The notes below the pieces were generated by a model. The model did not search any database and was not told where the DNA came from. It saw nothing but the letters and a program-made list of their open reading frames with translations. A program made the translations under genes and the position numbers. 32,000 nucleotides of DNA from Alkalilimnicola ehrlichii MLHE-1 (GTDB lineage: Bacteria; Pseudomonadota; Gammaproteobacteria; Nitrococcales; Halorhodospiraceae), in assembly GCF_000014785.1 (NCBI RefSeq), contig NC_008340.1, forward strand, positions 2,580,001 through 2,612,000, written 5' to 3'. Shown here piece by piece: positions 29,391-32,000 of the stretch. The stretch's first letter is position 1, and every line of letters begins with the position of its first letter.

Positions 29391-30575
29391 ATGTTAAGCG
29401 ACCAAGACCTGCTTGAACGCCTACGGAACGGGGAGTCCCGTCGGGTGGAGTTCAAACCCTCCACGGCGCAAAATACCGCGATCCGGAGGGCCATCTGTGC
29501 ATTCGCCAACGATCTTGATGGGCAGGGCGAGATCGGCGTGATCTTCGTGGGGCTCAACGATGACGGGACCTGCAAAGGGATCGAACATCCAGACCGCGAC
29601 CAGAAGAAGCTATCCGACTGGGCCTTGGGGGGCGACATCCTCCCCCTTCCTGACGTGGAAATCGGTTATCGCGAGCTGGACGGTTGCCCTGTCATAGTCG
29701 CCGAGATACGCCCCCACCAAGAACCCCCGGTACGCTACCAGGGCCAGGCGTGGGTCAGGGTTGGCACCACCAACCGCCGCGCTACTCCGGAACAGGAGAG
29801 ACGTTTGGCGGAGCGACGGCGGGGCGGAGACCTTCCCTTCGACCATCGGCCGGCCCCCGGCGCCAGTCTTGATGACCTCGATCTGAGGTACTTCGAGCGC
29901 GAGTACCTGCCCAATGCCGTCGCACCGGAGGTCCTGGAAGAGAACAACCGTAGCATCGAAGATCAACTCAACGCCCTCAGGTTTCTCACCCAGGGCCAAG
30001 TCAACCACGGTGCTCTGCTCGTCCTGGGGCACGACCCGACCGCCTATATACCGGGGGCCTACGTGCAGTTCCTACGCATCGACGGAACCGAGCTGGGCGA
30101 CCCCATCAAGGACGAAAAGAGACTGACCGGCAACCTGCCCGAGGTCATGGCGCAGCTGGACGAGTTGTTGGAGGTGCACATCCAGGTTGCTGTCGACATC
30201 GAGGCCGGATCACGGGAGCAGCGCCAGCCCGACTACCCCGTTGTTGCCTTGCAGCAACTCACCCGGAACGCCCTCATCCATCGCGCCTACGAAGGCAGCC
30301 ACGCGCCGGTCCGCGTCTATTGGTTCAGAGACCGGGTGGAAATTCAGAACCCCGGCGGACTCTACGGCCAAGTCACCACCGACAACTTCGGTCAGGGTGT
30401 CACCGATTACCGCAACCCCCTGATAGCAGAAGCCATGCATATTCTCGGCTACGTACAGAGATTCGGGTTCGGCATCCCATTGGCACAGCGCCACCTGCGG
30501 GAAAACGGCAACCCCGACCCCGATTTTCAGTTCGCGCCAGAGTTCCTGGCCGTCACCGTGAGGGCAGTGACGTGA
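29391..30575 (+). CDS. AlbA_2 (Schlafen-like AlbA) domain + HATPase_c_4-like ATP-binding protein
   Basis: SRRVEFKPSTAQNTAIRRAICAFANDLDGQGEIGVIFVGLNDDGTCKGIE is an AlbA_2 signature. LQQLTRNALIHRAYEGSHAPVRVYWFRDRVEIQNPGGLYGQVTTDNFGQGVTDYRNPLIAEAMHILGYVQRFGFGIPLAQRHL is the GHKL-like ATP-binding region. Confidence 0.85.
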   Translation: MLSDQDLLERLRNGESRRVEFKPSTAQNTAIRRAICAFANDLDGQGEIGVIFVGLNDDGTCKGIEHPDRDQKKLSDWALGGDILPLPDVEIGYRELDGCPVIVAEIRPHQEPPVRYQGQAWVRVGTTNRRATPEQERRLAERRRGGDLPFDHRPAPGASLDDLDLRYFEREYLPNAVAPEVLEENNRSIEDQLNALRFLTQGQVNHGALLVLGHDPTAYIPGAYVQFLRIDGTELGDPIKDEKRLTGNLPEVMAQLDELLEVHIQVAVDIEAGSREQRQPDYPVVALQQLTRNALIHRAYEGSHAPVRVYWFRDRVEIQNPGGLYGQVTTDNFGQGVTDYRNPLIAEAMHILGYVQRFGFGIPLAQRHLRENGNPDPDFQFAPEFLAVTVRAVT

Positions 30576-31543
30576 TAACCATTGCCTTCTTCAACAACAA
30601 GGGTGGCGTCGGCAAGACTGCTTTGGTCTACCATTTGGCCTGGATGTTCGCCGATCAGGGCCGGTCCGTGCTCGCCGCGGACCTGGACCCCCAAGCCAAC
30701 CTCTCCACCATGTTCCTGGACGAACAAAGCCTGGAAGGCTTCTGGCCGGAGGGGGACAGCACGCATACCGTACTCTCACCCATACGCCCACTGCTGGAAG
30801 GCGAAGGCGGCATCGAAAGCCCTCATGTTGAGCCCATCGAGGACCTAGGCCTGCTGGTCGGAGACCTGGCCCTGTCCGGCTTCGAGGACGAACTCTCCCA
30901 GCAATGGCCCCGCTGCCTGGACGGCGAGAAGCGGGCCTTTCGCATCATCGGCGCCTTTGCCGAAGTCATCCAACGTGCCGGCGCCAACCGGGAAGCCGAC
31001 CTGGCGCTGGTGGATGTCGGCCCCAACCTGGGAGCCATCAATCGTGCCGCACTCATTGCCGCAGATTATGTGGTCGTGCCCCTGGGGCCGGACCTCTTTT
31101 CCCTGAAGGGACTGCAAAACCTGGGCCCCACCCTCCGACGGTGGCGTACGGACTGGCGCAAGCGGCTGCAGGAATTACCCACCAATGTACAAGCCCCATC
31201 GGGGCAAATGACGCCGATCGGTTACGTGGTCATGCAGCATTCCGTCCGACTTGACCGGCCGGTCAAGGCGTATGGCAAATGGATGGACCGGATCCCCAGC
31301 ACTTACCACCGTTACGTCCTCGACAAACCGGACGCTGCCAACCTGCGTGTCGACGACGACAGCGAATGTCTGGCTGCATTGAAGGACTATCGGAGCCTGA
31401 TGCCCATGGCTCAGGAAGCCCGCAAGCCCATGTTTCACCTCAAACCGGCGGACGGCGCCATCGGCTCCCACGTCCGTGCGGTACAAAACTGCTACAAAGA
31501 TTTCCGGGACCTGGCAGCGGCTATCGACAGCCGCACGCAGTGA
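30572..31543 (+). CDS. ParA/MinD-like (deviant Walker A) ATPase, no ParB partner in view
   Basis: GTG start at 30572 overlaps the upstream TGA (GTGA). ITIAFFNNKGGVGKTALVYHLAWMFADQGRSVLAADLDPQANLSTMFL (deviant Walker A), LALVDVGPNLGAINRAALIAADYVVVPLGPDLFSLKGLQNLGPTL. Confidence 0.88.
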   Translation: MITIAFFNNKGGVGKTALVYHLAWMFADQGRSVLAADLDPQANLSTMFLDEQSLEGFWPEGDSTHTVLSPIRPLLEGEGGIESPHVEPIEDLGLLVGDLALSGFEDELSQQWPRCLDGEKRAFRIIGAFAEVIQRAGANREADLALVDVGPNLGAINRAALIAADYVVVPLGPDLFSLKGLQNLGPTLRRWRTDWRKRLQELPTNVQAPSGQMTPIGYVVMQHSVRLDRPVKAYGKWMDRIPSTYHRYVLDKPDAANLRVDDDSECLAALKDYRSLMPMAQEARKPMFHLKPADGAIGSHVRAVQNCYKDFRDLAAAIDSRTQ

Positions 31544-32000
31544 CGGTGGGGGCACCCCCCGTCATCGTGATGAGTGCAGGCCCTCCCCCCGGCATCGCGA
31601 GGGCCGAAGGCCCGTGGCGATCCAAGGCGGTAGACTGCCACGTCGGCTTCGCCTCCTCGCAGTGACGGTGTGGGCAACACCCCCCGTCATCGCGAGGGCC
31701 GAAGGCCCGTGGCGATCCAAGGCGGTAGACTGCCGCGTCGGCTTCGCCTCCTCGCAGTGACGGTGTGGGCAACACCCCCCGTCATCGCGAGGGCCGAAGG
31801 CCCGTGGCGATCCAAGGCGGTAGACTGCCACGTCGGCTTCGCCTCCTCGCAGTGACGGTGGGGTAACACCCCCGTCATCGCGAGGGCCGAAGGCCCGCGG
31901 CGATCCAGGGCGGTAGACTGCCACGTCGGCTTCGCCTCCTCGCAGTGACGGTGGGGGCAACACCCCCCGTCATCGCGAGGGCCGAAGGCCCGCGGCGATC
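31541..32000 (-). repeat. Repeat cluster F (inverted orientation), continuing past the window edge
   Basis: Repeated CGTCATCGCGAGGGCCGAAGGCCCG[TC]GGCGATCCA[AG]GGCGGTAGACTGCC[AG]CGTCGGCTTCGCCTCCTCGCAGTGACG. Confidence 0.93.

Noticed and set aside
28434-29391. Retron or other reverse-transcriptase-linked ncRNA based on the structured repeats beside a defence operon
   Set aside because: No reverse-transcriptase ORF (YADD-type motif) is visible anywhere in the window.
30572-31543. Plasmid or ICE partition locus
   Set aside because: Only a ParA-like gene is present. No ParB-like ORF, replication or conjugation gene, integrase or att-like direct repeat was identified in view, so partition remains possible but unsupported.

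Overview
GC-rich gammaproteobacterial chromosome segment; gene content and order look Ectothiorhodospiraceae/Halomonas-like, but this is inference only. Core content: a TonB-dependent receptor running off the left edge (-), fabI (+), a DUF3568-like lipoprotein (-), a lactate utilisation locus (lctP and lutCBA on -, with a divergent PdhR/LldR-type GntR regulator on +), and the conserved block ppiD, tRNA-Asp, tRNA-Val, hupB, lon, clpX, clpP, tig, tRNA-Leu (all -). Accessory content: a YdcF/ElyC-like DUF218 protein, a small GIY-YIG protein, a TauE/SafE permease, a complete four-gene Wadjet type I (jetABCD) operon on -, and a translationally coupled pair of an AlbA_2/HATPase protein and an orphan ParA-like ATPase on +. 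The 32 kb also holds six intergenic clusters (about 3 kb in total) of a roughly 78-nt element that can be drawn as a cloverleaf-like structure. The elements are partly arranged as 95-nt head-to-tail arrays, and the clusters lie at the edges of the accessory cassettes. Wadjet is already described. The least explained items are the AlbA_2/HATPase + ParA pair, the structured repeat family, and a PpiD that appears to lack its parvulin domain.
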